Positions 41,008-54,500 of a DNA stretch of 64,000 nucleotides are shown here, in pieces. Origin of the DNA: Eledone cirrhosa (taxonomy: Eukaryota); contig OZ024742.1 of NCBI GenBank assembly GCA_964016885.1, forward strand, positions 237,026,001-237,090,000. The letters are read 5' to 3'. The position numbers were made by a program, and so were the translations under genes. Every line of letters starts with the position of its first letter. Positions within the stretch are counted from its first letter, which is position 1. The notes beneath the pieces are model-generated. The model saw only the letters and a program-made list of their open reading frames with translations, did not search any database and had not been told where the DNA came from.

Positions 41008-43424
41008 TATGTAAATAGATATATAAGAAAGTAAGTTGTCAGAATCTTTCGAATGTCAGATAAAATCTTTTGTGGCATTCGTTCCATCTCTCTGCTCTCT
41101 GAGTTCAAATCCCACTGAGGTCAACTTTGCCTTTCATCCTTGTAACAATTCAATACTGGGATCGATTCTATGTGTCTTTCGTACTCCCATCCCCTTCTTC
41201 TCTGGAAAAAAAATCAGCCATGTTCTTATCAGCAGAGGGAAGGGCTCCCCTAGGTTTATAATGCCCAAGATATGCCTTATGTCACTACGGTACCCCTACG
41301 ACTCCCTCGGGAGTTACGTGCCCATGTATACACACAAATGAATATATCAGTAAAGAAAATATTTAAAAAATAGACAATGAAGGCTAATTATATACAAATC
41401 AGAAACCTGATGTGTATTATATGTATTTTAATATATGCACTTGTTACGTCTAAAAGTTCACTCGACCCTCAAGTTAGATAGAGTCAATATTATAGAAATA
41501 TAAAGTACTTTATTTGTCGATGCAGGGAAAATAACTGGCAAAGTAAATCATAGAAGATTTGAACTCAAAATGTAAAACACGAATTAAATAGAGCTGATAT
41601 TTTGAGTCAACGATGGAGCCTCTCTGTGATCATTCGCCTGGCTAGAAATTGCAGATAAATTTCTTCCTTGAAAATATGTAGGTATATATTCCAATATATA
41701 ATACAGGACATAATTTGCTAGTCACTACTGGAATTCTTCTAATCATATGTCTGCTCAGTCAGGGCTAATCTGGGGTTAAACAGCAGCAACAAACACAAGC
41801 CCTTTATCCAATGCTTTAATGAGTTTGTTAATCCACTGCCTTACAGCTAGAGGTCAGCTAGATGCACGAGATATCGTATCTTATTGCTTCAGGTTCATTT
41901 TAATCATTTACACATACATCACTAATAACACTTTATCCTTTGTAATAAGAATGTTATCAAGAAATTGTGTAGAACATAAATAACTCAGTGACGCGATCTG
42001 CGTGAAGAAAAAAAATCAATAGTGAAGTTAATGCCAAATTATTTAACATGAGAAACATGAAATTATGATATTAAACAGCAACTAATATTTTGATTAATTC
42101 GGAAAATAATCTTATTATGATTTCTTATTCATACTCAAACTGACTACACCATACTCAAGCTAGATAAAAGGATGCTGCAGATTAGTCGGTTGGCATGGGC
42201 CTGCAGTTTTTAAAACCACCTACTCACCTCAAATTTTACTTCTTTTATTCTATTCTGTTACTTATAACTGCACCATCTTCATTTCATGCAGGTGTATATA
42301 CCTGTAACTCATACATAAATCACATGTACCCTGAACTGATCATTAAGATATGTATTAGGTTTATATTTCACCTCTTACCAGTGTCTATTACAAGTTTTAG
42401 TGGTCTGCATTTTAATTCTAAACAGGAGCCGATCGTGTAATTGCATGAAAGAAACTGTGTTTCCATTGGTCTTTCCATTTTCTGATGCTATCTGCCGTTC
42501 GCAACTCCTGGTAGAAGGAGGCGGGATTTACTCTAAGAAGACAAAGAGTTGAATAAGATAACGTTAAGAATTAATTCCATTAATCCACCACCCTATGTAC
42601 TGGTTAACGTCGACCTCGATGGGATTTGAACATGGAATGCAAAGAGCTGAAACAAATATGACATTTAATTCAACACAGTAACGAATTTACCAATTCACCA
42701 CAGGAAGATGTGGGGAGTCACTCTGATCCAGATACTAGGAAGCTTAGCTGGTTGATTGGCAGGTTTAATAGTGGAAATCATGGCAGTCGATCATCTATGG
42801 CGATTGGGTATTTGCGTGAAGCTTAGCATTAATATGGCGCTTGCGAGGGAAGTCACTAGGACCAAGTTGACTAAGGATGGCTGCTTCGACCCAAGGTGGA
42901 AACGCAGCTGTAGTGGTAACAGACCTGTGAATATTTCTCCGTAAACATCTCAGTGGATACAATTAAACACCAATTTTATACCTGGCTCTGTCCTATTATC
43001 AGTTTTACATACGTTAGGCCAGATCTGCCGTACGATTATCTTAAAAGCTGGTTTCAGAACTATAGACATTCTGCAGACTACATTGATTAAGTAACATTGT
43101 CATTTCAAACATGATTCAAGACTATGTTTTCCATAAAAGCTTTTATATAATTAAGATGTGGAAAGTTAATTCCATTACACTTGCAGTTGAAATAGTTCGT
43201 CTACAGCTGTTGTTCATTTACTGGACATGAGAAGACAAAGACATGGTGAATAGTGACTTAATATATTCATGTCGTTAGCAACTTGTGACTATCAACACTA
43301 CAGAATATACACGCACACTCGCACATACATAAATGCACACACACATTTATATATATATACATGGGAGAAAAGTAGAGACCGAGAAGAGGGAGAAGGAGTG
43401 AGAAAGAGAGAGAGAGAGGGGGGT

Positions 43425-43473
<49 letters not shown>

Positions 43474-43674
43474 AATGCAAGGGCGCCAATAGCCTGAACA
43501 TAGACAATTCAGTTAAAGTCTGCTTTATTGAATGCTGTACACAATAATCCCTTAACCTTTTGAAATTATTTCTAGCGGCAATTTTTAGCAACTTTCAGGC
43601 AAAAGAAAAGATAATTTCAAGAATTTAAAAAACAATAAATTTCACAGATAATTTACTTTCGTTAATCTGCTGTT

Positions 43675-44560
43675 GTATGTGGCCATAGAAGGCCTCGAAG
43701 TACCCCAGTATACAGATGTCAAATGTAACTGAGAGGACATCATGTGCAGCTCTACCTTCACGCAGATTGAGTATTACTTGAACCAATACCGTCTCGGCTG
43801 CCTCCGTTCCACCTTCCAGTCAAACAGCAGTGCGTGGCCCAATTCGGTGCCCTCTTTACCAACCAGCACCCTTCTTGATGATGAGTGCACTCTCATCAAA
43901 GTGGCCCAGCCCCTCGGCCTCCGCATGTGTGAGCCACACAAATGCCATTGTGGGGCTGTTGTTGCACCCACTATCGAGCGACCAGAGTCCAGGCCAGTTT
44001 CCCAGACACGCCGCTTCGAACGACATCAGAAGGAACCTCGTCGCAACCAGCCTCTTATCAAAACTGGAACCAGCTGGCTTCGACTGTAGCGATGGTAAGC
44101 GCCCCGACGGGATAACTCTCTTCCCATACGTGTGAGGTAAATCCCTAAATTAGTACATGATGAGTTGCGACTCGTACTCCGCATCCAAACTTGTCACCTC
44201 GGCCGCCAACTCGAGCATCACCGCCCGCAACGCTGAGGAGAGGAAGATAAGATAAGAGAGGAAGATAAGAGTTTGACCAACCGCTTCCGGTCGCTGTCAA
44301 TACCTCAGGTGTTCTCAGTCCCTCACTGCTGATTTCATTCGTAAAGACTAAAACGCAGCTCGCTCGATGAAGGAGCTCTGTGGAGTGGGATGGTTGTTGC
44401 AGCGGATGTTGCTGACCATTCTCCACGGCAATACATTTACCATTTTGTCTGCGGGGCGCAGCTGCAGCAACGCTCAAACTGGCGCATAGAGCCTGTCCCT
44501 TTATGTCCCTCTCCTTTTCTTTCGTTTCTTAATTCCTTTTTTATTACCCCTTTTCTTCTT
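43675..44560 (+). pseudogene. CRE-like element RLE-region fragment
   Basis: SAWPNSVPS...LLDDEC...CEPHKCHCG, RHAASNDI, LEPAGFDCSDGKRPDGITLFP; DNA similarity to 20210-21000. Confidence 0.85.
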
Positions 44561-44687
44561 TTCCATTCTTCATACGATATTATGAACATTTTAAAATTCA
44601 TTAGTGTAATTAATTCTAAGGCAGATTCTCATTGCTTAAGTCTAATGACGTGGTTCATGTACATATACACGAATAAATGCATATTAT

Positions 44688-44960
44688 TACGGGGTCGATA
44701 AAATAAAGTACCAGTAATGTACTGGGTAATTGCTGGCCTTGTGCCTAAAGTAGAAACAATTATTATTTATGTGGTGAATTGGCAGTATCGGTAAAGAGGT
44801 GGACGCCATGCTTTCCAGCATAGTTACGTCTCTTTACGGTCTGAGTTCAAATCCTGCCGAGGTTGACTTTGCCTTTCATCCTTACGGGGTCGATAAAATA
44901 AAGTACCAGTAATGTACTGGGTAATTGCTGGCCTTGTGTCAAAAATAGAAACAATTATTT
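44688..44960 (+). mobile_element. tandem SINE (3' half plus full unit), same family as 17.2 kb
   Basis: TACGGGGTCGATAAAATAAAGTACCAGTAATGTACTGGGTAATTGCTGGCC occurs twice. Confidence 0.9.
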
Positions 44961-47501
44961 ATGATAATATTGTGTTGTCAAGTATGAAATTTGTAGAAAT
45001 TTGTTTTTTCGCTAGAAATTTCTACAAATTTCATACTTGATGACGCAATAATATGCATATAGGTTAACAAAGTCTGCTTCAAAGTCGGAATTAAATGCCT
45101 CAGGTTTTGTCCCAGCTTTGAGGTCAAATCCCACGGAAATCAATTTTTCCAACGATCTTTTCGGGGTCGATAAATGAAGTACCAATTCAGAGGCAAAGGC
45201 TGGTGGAATTGTTAAAGAGCAGCATGTGATGCTTTGCGGTATTTGTTCTGGTGGTGTTCTGGGTTCAAATCTCACATCTTGTCATTAGAGAAGTAGTGAC
45301 GCTTCTGCCAGGAAGTATCAGTCATAGAAATACCATTTAAAACATTATTTCCTTGGCTCTTTCCTTATTTTCGTTTATTTCCTTATATTATCAGCAATGT
45401 AGGTTTTCGTATCTTTTTTTTCTTTTTTGTCAACTAAATGTCAGCAGAAGGGCACCGGGGAGTCATAACTTGGATGCGGCCCGGCTCTCATAGAATGTAA
45501 GAAGATAAGCGCCGAAAAACTCGGTTAAGGAGGATTTCTTCTCTGAAGATATCTGATGCCCAACTCTCCTGAGAGTTTCCTATCACTATAAAGTGTTTCT
45601 TAATCCAGAAGATTCGTCCGGCCGGTGCTTATTTTATCAAAAATCACTTCATCAGAATATGTTGGCAGAACCAGGTTTAAGAAACACTGGTCTGGATAAA
45701 TAATTCAGGTGTGTGGTACTTAATTTAGTGAAGAATTAAAGGAGCCAATCGGCTGACACTATCTGCTAGCCACAACTCCTGGCAGAAGCATCACAGTTTT
45801 TCCGGTGAAAAGAGGCAAAATTTGAACTCAGAGTGCCAGAAAAAAACCCGTAACAGATACTACAGATCATCCCGTCCGACATTTTAACAATTCCATTAAT
45901 CAACCAGTGCTGAGCTGCAACTTCATTTATAAACCACGAAAGGATGAAAGGCAAATTTAACTTCGGTAAGACTTGAACTCAGAGCGCAGATATCCGGAAC
46001 AAATGCCAGAGTATTTGATCCTACGCTCATATGACTGCCAATTCGCCATATTAGCTGGTATAATGAATGGTATCACATTTTAAAAGATGTTTTGCATCAA
46101 TATATATTTTTGTTCTGGTACCAAAGAATTAGCGACGAATTGACAGAGTCGCCAGAACGTCGGATTAAACGCCTCGGTATTTGTTCCGGCTCTCTACACT
46201 CTTGAGTTCAATCCTCTCCAAGGTCAACTTTGCCCTTCACTATTGTGGAGTCATAAAGTACCAGTCCAAGGGTGATGGATTGGCACAATTATCAAGGAGC
46301 CTGACAGGATGCTTGAGGTATTAGTTTAGGCTATGTACGTTCCAAGTTCAAATCCTGCATCATGACACTGAAAACGTGGTGACGCTACATTTCCCTGTGC
46401 AGGTTGGCCACTAGTAGAAAGTAACTGGCTTAGAAACGCCATTGTGAGAATTTTCAAATAACTGTTTCTACTTTAGGCACAAGGCCAGCAATTACCCAGT
46501 ACATTAAATAACAATTGAAATATGTTAATGACATTTCGTACTTTGCTGAAAGCGCAAATAACGACTGCAAATAAAAGAAAGCCATATTGTTTTCAACGTT
46601 GAAACAAAATTGTTGAAGCTATTTTTTAAACAAAGGACATCTTATAGATAACAGCAAACACATAGGAAAATAACCGTTGGAAAATTTTAATATATCTCCT
46701 GATGACACAAAATGATTTCTTCAATTGTTATATTTACCTTTGATATTGTGTTTAACACATTGACAACAAATAGTTTAATGGTTTCTACAGTTGATACACT
46801 ACATTAAGATCATTCCGATTGCTGTCGTTCATATAAATATAAAAAGACAGCGATTGTAAGAGAATATCGATCGACAGAGACCATGTTCTTTCATAATCTT
46901 TCTCGTTTATTAATCGAGGTCTCTATTATGTTCTGCTCATTTTTTTAATGAAAGGAAATATTTACAGCATTTTTTTTTCTTGTACAAAATCTATTGATCT
47001 TTAAACTCTTCGTTCTTAGAGAACTACTTGTACGGTGATACGAAGATCGTTGTATTGTTTTTGTTAACTTTGTTGACTTAACCAACCTCCCCCTCTCTCA
47101 CACTCTTTCTCAGTTTATGTGTGTATATGTGGACCCGAAACTCCTGTTGGAGGCATTTCTTGCGTATTTTAAGCCTGGCGAAGCCGATTCCTTATCTGAA
47201 CACAGCCAATTTCTTCAAGAGGAGAGATACAGAGATAGAGCGCGAGAGAAAGTAAATGAGAAAGAGATATAAAAGAGGAATCGACTCATGTACTGGCCAT
47301 TATCGACCTCGAAAGCTTGAGAGACAAAGTCGACTACGGCAGGATGTGATCTCAGAGAGCCAGTGTGTAACACAATGTGTGACAAGATTGGCCTTTTGAA
47401 TTACTGAGTCAGTTCATCAGACAATCTTCCAAACAGTTTCCATCTAAATAATTTCACTTATAAAGCTTGTATCGATCATATATATATATCAATGTGTGAA
47501 C

Positions 47502-47660
47502 GCAGGCATGGCTGAGTAAAGAAGTTCGCTTTACAATAATGAGGTCTTGGGTTTGCTCACACTGTGTGGTATCATGGACAAGTGTCATTTACCATAGCCT
47601 CGGGTCGATACAAGCTTTATGAATGAAATTGTTTAGATAGAAACTGTTTGGAAGATTGTC
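47502..47660 (+). mobile_element. second tRNA-derived SINE family, CORE-like (also ~53730-53870, 57610-57880, 63060-63370)
   Basis: GCAGGCATGGCTG head, GG(A)CAAGTGTC...TATAGCCTCGGG body. Confidence 0.6.
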
Positions 47661-47675
47661 TGATGAACTGTCTCA

Positions 47676-47757
<82 letters not shown>

Positions 47758-48551
47758 AAAATACGTATTTAAGAAAGCCACAACAATGCAGAGGGAAATC
47801 TCGAGGTAGGAAGTGAAAGATAGATAGGAAAAACAGGTGAAAGTGAAAATTGAGAGAGACAAAGATGAAAACAAAACAAAGGTAGAAGGGTTACCGTAGT
47901 AGAGATTTAATCCCAATATTTCGGGCTCACGCCCATCAACGGAGGAAAGTTCCAAAAGGGGGGGAACAGGCCAAGCGGAGAAAGTTGTGATGTCGTTAAG
48001 ACAGGAATGCCGTTATGGGGAGAAAATTATTTAAAATTTAAACGAGGGAAAGAATGCGCGTGCGCGTGATAGGCTGTGGCAAAAGCTACTGACCAAATGG
48101 GTTAAATCAAGCGGGTGCGCTAGCGTGTGAAAGCCGTAAGATATGTGTGTGTAAATATATATGTGTGTGTAACTGTGTGTGTATAAGTGTAAGTGTGTAT
48201 ATGTGTGAGTGTGTGTGTGTGTGAAAGATAGTGGGCTGTAGAAGCTGGAAATCAAAGGGTGTGAAAGGTGGTAGGTTGTAAAACATGTGTGCGTGTATAA
48301 ATATAGATGTGTGTGTGTAAGCGTATGGGTATACATGTGTGTGTAACTGTGTGTGTGTATATGTGTGAGTGCGTTTGTGTGTGAAAGATAGTGGGCTGTA
48401 AAAGCTGGAAATCAAAGGGTGTGAAAGGTGGTAGGTTGTAAAAACATGTGTGCGTGTATAAATATAGATGTGTGTGTGTATGCGTATGGGTATGCATATA
48501 CGTGCGTGTGTGTGAAGATAGCAGGCCGTAGGCTGTGAATGGTCACTATGG

Positions 48552-49795
48552 TTAAGTTAGCCATGTCAGCTCATTTCTCTCAGCCCGGTTGTTAAGTGGG
48601 GGTCTGAGGTTCTTAATAACAAGTGCTTCCTTTATCCTTAAGGATCCGATGCTGCGTTCAGTCGCTAGGACTGTGACCAAGGGTCTACCCTGTGGGTTTC
48701 CGCATTTAAGGATGTGTTTACGGAAGGAAGATGCGTTGGTGTTGATATGTTCCTTGATACGAACATGTAGGGGTCGGATGGTGCTACCTATGTAAAACTT
48801 GTTACATTTATCGCATTGAATCTTATATACGACATAGGTGCGTAGGCAATCTGCCCCCCGTATCGGGCAGTTGCTGAGGGAACACGTCCCATCTGAATCG
48901 TCGGGTTTGTTGGAGAGGCATCTTCGCAGCGAAGGTCCTGTGTGGGCCAAATGTATGTCAAGTCCCTCCGTCCGTATGGCCCTGCGGATGGCGTTCGTGG
49001 TATATTCACTCAGGTGGGGGATTTTAAAGAAGCACCTGCTATTATTTAATTTTCTAGTGGGTGTCTGTCTATTGGGTCTGGGGTCTCTAATTCCGTTAAT
49101 CAGTCGCTTGGGATAACCATTAGAGCTGAGTAGAATACGGAATTGCGTGGTATGGGTGAGACCACCCATCGGGTCGCTGCATCTGTTAGTGATCCGTGTC
49201 AGTTCATTTAGGACATAGCCTCTCTTAGCGTTGTTGGGGAGGGCTGAGTTATAATACACAAATAAGTCCTTGCACGCTGCTTTGCGGTAGAAGGTGGTGT
49301 TTATGTCTCCTTCTTCCGAGATGTTGATACGGAAGTCGAGGAGGGCGAGTGACCCGTCTTCTCCTGGGTGTTCGATGGTGAAATCGACGTGATGGTCAGT
49401 ATCGTTGAAGATTTGGTGAATTTCATTCGCCATCTCCCGGGAAGAAGTAAGTATCAGGATATCATCAACGTATCTGGAGTAGAAGGCGACGGCGTTGGGT
49501 TGGCAGGTATTGAGTGCCTTGCGTTCCAGGTGGTCCATGTACGAGATCGCAAGTATGCCGGACAGACTAGAGCCCATAGGTAGCCCAGAGATTTGTTTGT
49601 ACGTGTGGCCGAGGAAATTGAAGAGTGCATTATCCACAACGAAGGAGAGGAGTTGGTGGATGTCCGTGTGTGTGAGTCCGAAGCAGTGTAAGTTAGATGC
49701 TCGGACTCGTTCGGTCAACAGGTCGACAGCTGGGGATGCTGGTACGGAGGTATAAAGGGCGACCACATCAAGACTGAAGGCATAACCGTTGTCCT
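48552..49795 (-). CDS. PLE reverse transcriptase (motifs 3-7, thumb) + Cys linker + GIY-YIG endonuclease, N-terminally truncated
   Basis: FSLDVVALYTSVP, YKQISGLPMGSSLS, YSRYVDDILI, FTIE..LALLDF, YRK, CSLSNCPI...VVYKIQCDKCNKFYIGSTIRPLHVRIKEH...IKEALVI...P.LN; no internal stops. Confidence 0.93.
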
Positions 49796-50508
49796 TAGCG
49801 ACTGAACGCAGCATCGGATCCTTAAGGATAAAGGAAGCACTTGTTATTAAGAACCTCAGACCCCCACTTAACAACCGGGCTGAGAGAAATGAGCTGACAT
49901 GGCTAACTTAACCATAGTGACCATTCACAGCCTACGGCCTGCTATCTTCACACACACGCACGTATATGCATACCCATACGCATACACACACACATCTATA
50001 TTTATACACGCACACATGTTTTTACAACCTACCACCTTTCACACCCTTTGATTTCCAGATTTTACAGCCCACTATCTTTCACACACAAACGCACTCACAC
50101 ATATACACACACAGTTACACACACATGTATACCCATACGCTTACACACACACATCTATATTTATACACGCACACATGTTTTACAACCTACCACCTTTCAC
50201 ACCCTTTGATTTCCAGCTTCTACAGCCTACTATCTTTCACACACACTCACACATATACACACTTACACTTATACACACACAGTTACACACACATATATAT
50301 TTACACACACATATCTTACGGCTTTCACACGCTAGCGCACCCTCTTGATTTAACCCATTTGGTCAGTAGCTTTTGCCACAGCCTATCACGCGCACGCGCA
50401 TTCTTTCCCTCGTTTAAATTTTAAATAATTTTCTCCCCATAACGGCATTCCTGTCTTAACGACATCACAACTTTCTCCGCTTGGCCTGTTCCCCCCCTTT
50501 TGGAACTT

Positions 50509-50544
50509 TCCCCCGTTGATGGGCGTGAGCCCGAAATATTGGGA
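50509..50544 (+). ncRNA. hammerhead-like motif in PLE pLTR (mirror at ~47911-47945, minus)
   Basis: TCCC-CCGTTGA-T-GGGC-GTGA-GCCC-GAAA-T-ATT-GGGA; core has U4C and A6U. Confidence 0.6.
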
Positions 50545-50735
50545 TTAAATCTCTACTACGGTAACCCTTCTACCTTTGTTTTGTTTTCATCTTTGTCTCT
50601 CTCAATTTTCACTTTCACCTGTTTTTCCTATCTATCTTTCACTTCCTACCTCGAGATTTCCCTCTGCATTGTTGTGGCTTTCTTAAATACGTATTTTACA
50701 CATTTCACAATGCTTCAAGCAAACTTTAACACCCT

Positions 50736-50789
<54 letters not shown>

Positions 50790-50793
<4 letters not shown>

Positions 50794-52333
50794 AAGACTG
50801 AAGAATAACATGGTAGGCTGTACAAAAAGGGTTTTATTTCAAGTATTAACCATTGTTTCATTGATCAGGTGAGTCTAAAGGCCGCTAATCACTCGAAGTT
50901 GCGTCACTCGACCTTAAATACAGTGTTTACCTCTGATCAAATCATCGGAATACTGGAGGTTTTACATATGGCATTGGTATATATACAACGGAGAATCAAA
51001 ACAATAACATCAACAATAAAAGATAATAATAAAGAAGTGAAGTTAGGATGAAGATGATACAGGCGTAAAAAAATAAGTAAAAAAATAATAAGTACAGAAT
51101 ACGATTGTTGATAATAGTGGTGGTAGTGGTGGTGGTGGTGGTGATTAAAGTTACAGTGGTGAGTAAGTGTATGTTTAAAGACGTGGTGAGGGTAGAGATA
51201 ATACTAACATGAAAGGCAACATTAAAAACATACACACATACGTCGTGGTCAAATCTCAGTGGGTTAGAGTAGGAAATAAAAAATAGTAACAAATGACAGA
51301 TAAAAGATAAAAAATAATAAATTAAAAATTAAGTGAGAGGGGAAGAGATCCGAGGATGAGACATAAGGGGAAGGGCTAAGGACGGGGAAGGAGTAGATAG
51401 GTAGATAGAGATTAAAAATTGAGAGGGAGAGTTTTGATATATGTTTGTGTATGGTAAATGTCTGCCATGCTGATTGTCTTATCTTAATGGGGGTGATGTG
51501 GCTTTAGGGAGAGAGAGTGAAAGAAAGGTTAGATGTATGATGTTGATCTAGTGACCAGTTGGTCAGTTGACAGCTAATAACAGTGGGGTGGTATGTAGTC
51601 AGTATATTAAAATCCGGGTGGTTCAGCTCGAATTCTGAGATTGCTGGATCGAATCATATTGGTTTGAGATTTGCGAACTTGGTAGCTGTTTTGTGCCTAC
51701 AAAAAATTGATCGTTCTATTTTGCTGTTAAGCAGCATTTTATCATACTTTAAAATATGGAACAGCTCCATATTGCAAAGTCCGCAGTGGGATATTCCACT
51801 GTCGTAGGCCTTTGCTCCCAATAATTTCGACCAGCTAATCCCATATTCCTGGTTTGTGTCCTTAAGATGCCAGATTTTATTGGCCAGCGTTGTTGAGTTC
51901 TCTAGTCTACGGTTCTTGATAGAGTGTCTGTGAACGTACCACCTTTTTTAATTCCCCAGCCGTGAAACCTATGTAGTGCCATGTTAAGTTGCCCGAATTT
52001 ATAGTACACAGGTACACTATACTTGATTCCAGGCATCTATTTTGTAGTGGGCACTTATCCGGCAGGTGGCAGTTACAATTGGAGGCCTTCCTGTGTGCAG
52101 GTTCTCCGTTGCGGTTTTGTATGTTGTTATGGATGGGCTGAGATTTAGGCTTATTGATGTTTTGTTGTGATGCGTTCAGACGTGTGTGTGGTTGCTATGT
52201 TGTTATGTGTTTGTGTTTTGTATTTGGTGTTATGGTGTTTGTTTGTAGGTTATTTTCATTAGAGATTCTTTTATAGTTGATTTTATGTATGATTCTATGT
52301 TGGCTGCAGTATACATATAAACTTATTTCTACA

Positions 52334-52334
<1 letters not shown>
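50790..52334 (-). mobile_element. second PLE family: GIY-YIG pseudogene plus 3' UTR
   Basis: rc ~52080-51650 translates CNCHLPDKCPLQNRCLESSIVYLC...HYIGFT (frameshift) RWYVHRHSIKN...TTLANKIWHLKD...ISWS...AYDSGISHCGLCNME...LLNSKIE...CRH. Confidence 0.88.
50842..50954 (-). ncRNA. type I hammerhead with U4C core and 64-nt stem II insertion
   Basis: rc: AGTATT-CCGATGA-T-TTGATCAG-(64 nt)-CTGATCAA-T-GAAA-C-AATG-GTT-AATACT. Confidence 0.72.
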
Positions 52335-52410
<76 letters not shown>

Positions 52411-52414
52411 TTAG

Positions 52415-53042
52415 TACTATATATATGTATAAAGTTGCAGTTCCTGTCTGTTTGTTTGTTCACGAACGCCTCCTATGGTTTTGGAGATAGACCCCCATAA
52501 CCATATATATTCTGAAACTACATTGCCCAGGGTACTTGGATAAATATATTTCATTTTAATCAAAGGGTTGCCCAGGGGCACAAGCCTTCGCTGAATATTT
52601 TTTCCCTTCGATTTATATGAAATTTAAACCATTGGTAAATGACAAGATATGAAGCCTATTCACAAGATTTCAGCAAATTTCAATAATATTAAGACACCCT
52701 AATGGGGGTTAAACCCCCTATTAGGGTTCCCGGGGGCCACACAAATCCCCGCTGAAAATGTTTTCCCTTCGATTTGTATGAAATTTAGATGCTTGTTCAC
52801 AAAAGTTTTGAAAAAGATTATTTACAAGAAACAAAATAAGAATAAGATTTAATAATGTAATTTTGATTTGATATATTACAAAAAAATAATGTTTTCCAAT
52901 TTTTCATGCATTACATTTTACATTGAGTAATATTGAAATGAAGAGTTTTTCTCCATAAATTATATAACTGATTTAAAATCAATCATCATTTTCTTACAAA
53001 AAAAATGTGTGAAACGCAACAAGGCGCAGGTAATTCGGCTAG
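52415..53042 (+). mobile_element. non-autonomous Helitron
   Basis: 5' ..TATATATGTATAAAGTTGCAGTTCCTGTCTGTTTGTTTG; internal duplication; 3' GCAACAAGGCGCAGGTAATTCGGCTAG^T. Confidence 0.7.
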
Positions 53043-54022
53043 TATATATATATTACGAAACGCACACACATACATAAACTAGCAGAAAACCAGTGTGTCT
53101 GCTAGTATACTTAATAATTCGTATGTCAATTTATGTTTCTTCCTAGTTTTGACAAGATGTGAAAACAGAGATATAAAATGATGTGTATTCTATTGTATTG
53201 GTAAAGTTCCTACACACTTTCGTATGGTCCGATATTGTTGTCAAAATTGTAAGCAGCTTTGAATTTCAATCTTCGAATATCTGAATTTAAGTTTATGTAA
53301 GTCCAATTTTCTTTCAGGTGATATAAGTATTTGAGCTTAATTGTTCAATTTCTTTCAGGCTATGTAAGGGTATGAGTTTACCTATTTATTCTAATGGTAT
53401 TTGAGGTGTTCTATACGTTTACGTTTTCGTGTTCTAAATATATTTTATGTGACATTAAGAGATCGTGAACTTGTTTATTATGAAAGAGAATTGCTTTGAA
53501 TTTGTTTCTAGCTTTTTGTAGTTTGATGTGAAAAAGAAGTAGGTATCTAAATAGAAATGACATAGCGAAAGATAGACCTTATGGTAAGAGGTCTTCGGCT
53601 CACGATCGAAAGGTCGTGAACTCGTATCCCGGTTGCGAGTCGCGACGAAAGGATTACATTGTTTTTGATTTAAAGTAGATTTGCTTATATATTGTGTCAA
53701 TAACGTTGAGTTATTATATGTTGTAGTGCTGCAGTGTGAGCAAATGGTTAAGATATTCGCTTCACTACCATGAGGTACTCAGTGCGTGGCATCTTGGACA
53801 ATTCTCTTTTACAGTCACGAGTCCATCCAAGCTTTGTGAGAAAAAAGGTGTAAATGAAAAATGCTTTGGAAGCCATTTCTCCCCCCCCCTCTCTCTCTCT
53901 CTCGCTCTCTCTCTCTAAAATGGCTTAAGACACACGTGCTTTGTCTCAAAACATTTTCTCCCTACCTTCCTATTCTTACTCTCTATATTTATATTTCATC
54001 TTCTAATGAATGACTAGTGTCC

Positions 54023-54070
<48 letters not shown>

Positions 54071-54126
54071 TATATATACGTTATTCCGGGTTGAATCGGA
54101 GGTAACCACAGTAAGGTACTCAATTC

Positions 54127-54160
54127 CTGATGATTTCTAAAGAATGAAACAGTTCTAGTC
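54127..54160 (+). ncRNA. hammerhead-like motif in a ~110-bp insert within (TA)n
   Basis: CTGATGA-T-TTC-TAAA-GAA-T-GAAAC...GTC; stem I is not convincing. Confidence 0.45.
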
Positions 54161-54183
54161 CTGTAGAATCTCATCTATATTAA

Positions 54184-54291
<108 letters not shown>

Positions 54292-54410
54292 GTACGGTGA
54301 AATACTGGTGTTGGTACCAAATCAAACACTCTATGCACAGGCAGAGTGTATGTAATAGAAAAAACGAGGAACTTTTGTTTACATATGAGAAATATATATT
54401 TTGTGGCATC

Positions 54411-54500
54411 AACAGTCTGAGGAGCAGGTCGATACTGGAGTCGGGTCCATAACTCCTATGGGTCACCTTGAACCAATCCTCTGCGAAACGCGCGTAACAG
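54411..54500 (+). ncRNA. type I hammerhead, canonical core, ~53-nt stem II insertion, in the loop of inverted repeat 54350-54404 / 54507-54568
   Basis: CTGAGGA-GCAG-(53 nt)-CTGC-GAAA-C-GCGC-GTA; palindromic stem III ACGCGCGT. Confidence 0.75.

Larger units (their letters stand above)
47757..50738 (-). mobile_element. Penelope-like retroelement, 5'-truncated, with inverted ~900-bp pseudo-LTR, inserted in (TA)n
   Basis: Arms 47757-48667 / 49796-50698; the right arm has a 40-bp tail to 50738; RT + GIY-YIG ORF between the arms. Confidence 0.96.

Noticed and set aside
45400-45510. Polypyrimidine tract + AG and downstream GTAAGA as an exon
   Set aside because: Weak donor context, unrecognisable peptide and no other support.
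47660-47675. CTGATGA as a hammerhead core
   Set aside because: No stem II or downstream GAAA; it lies in an inverted duplication at a SINE end.
49796-49874. N-terminus MLSGGLRFLITSASFILKDPMLRSVA of the 440-aa ORF
   Set aside because: It is the antisense of the element's own 3' end inside the inverted arm, not a real start.
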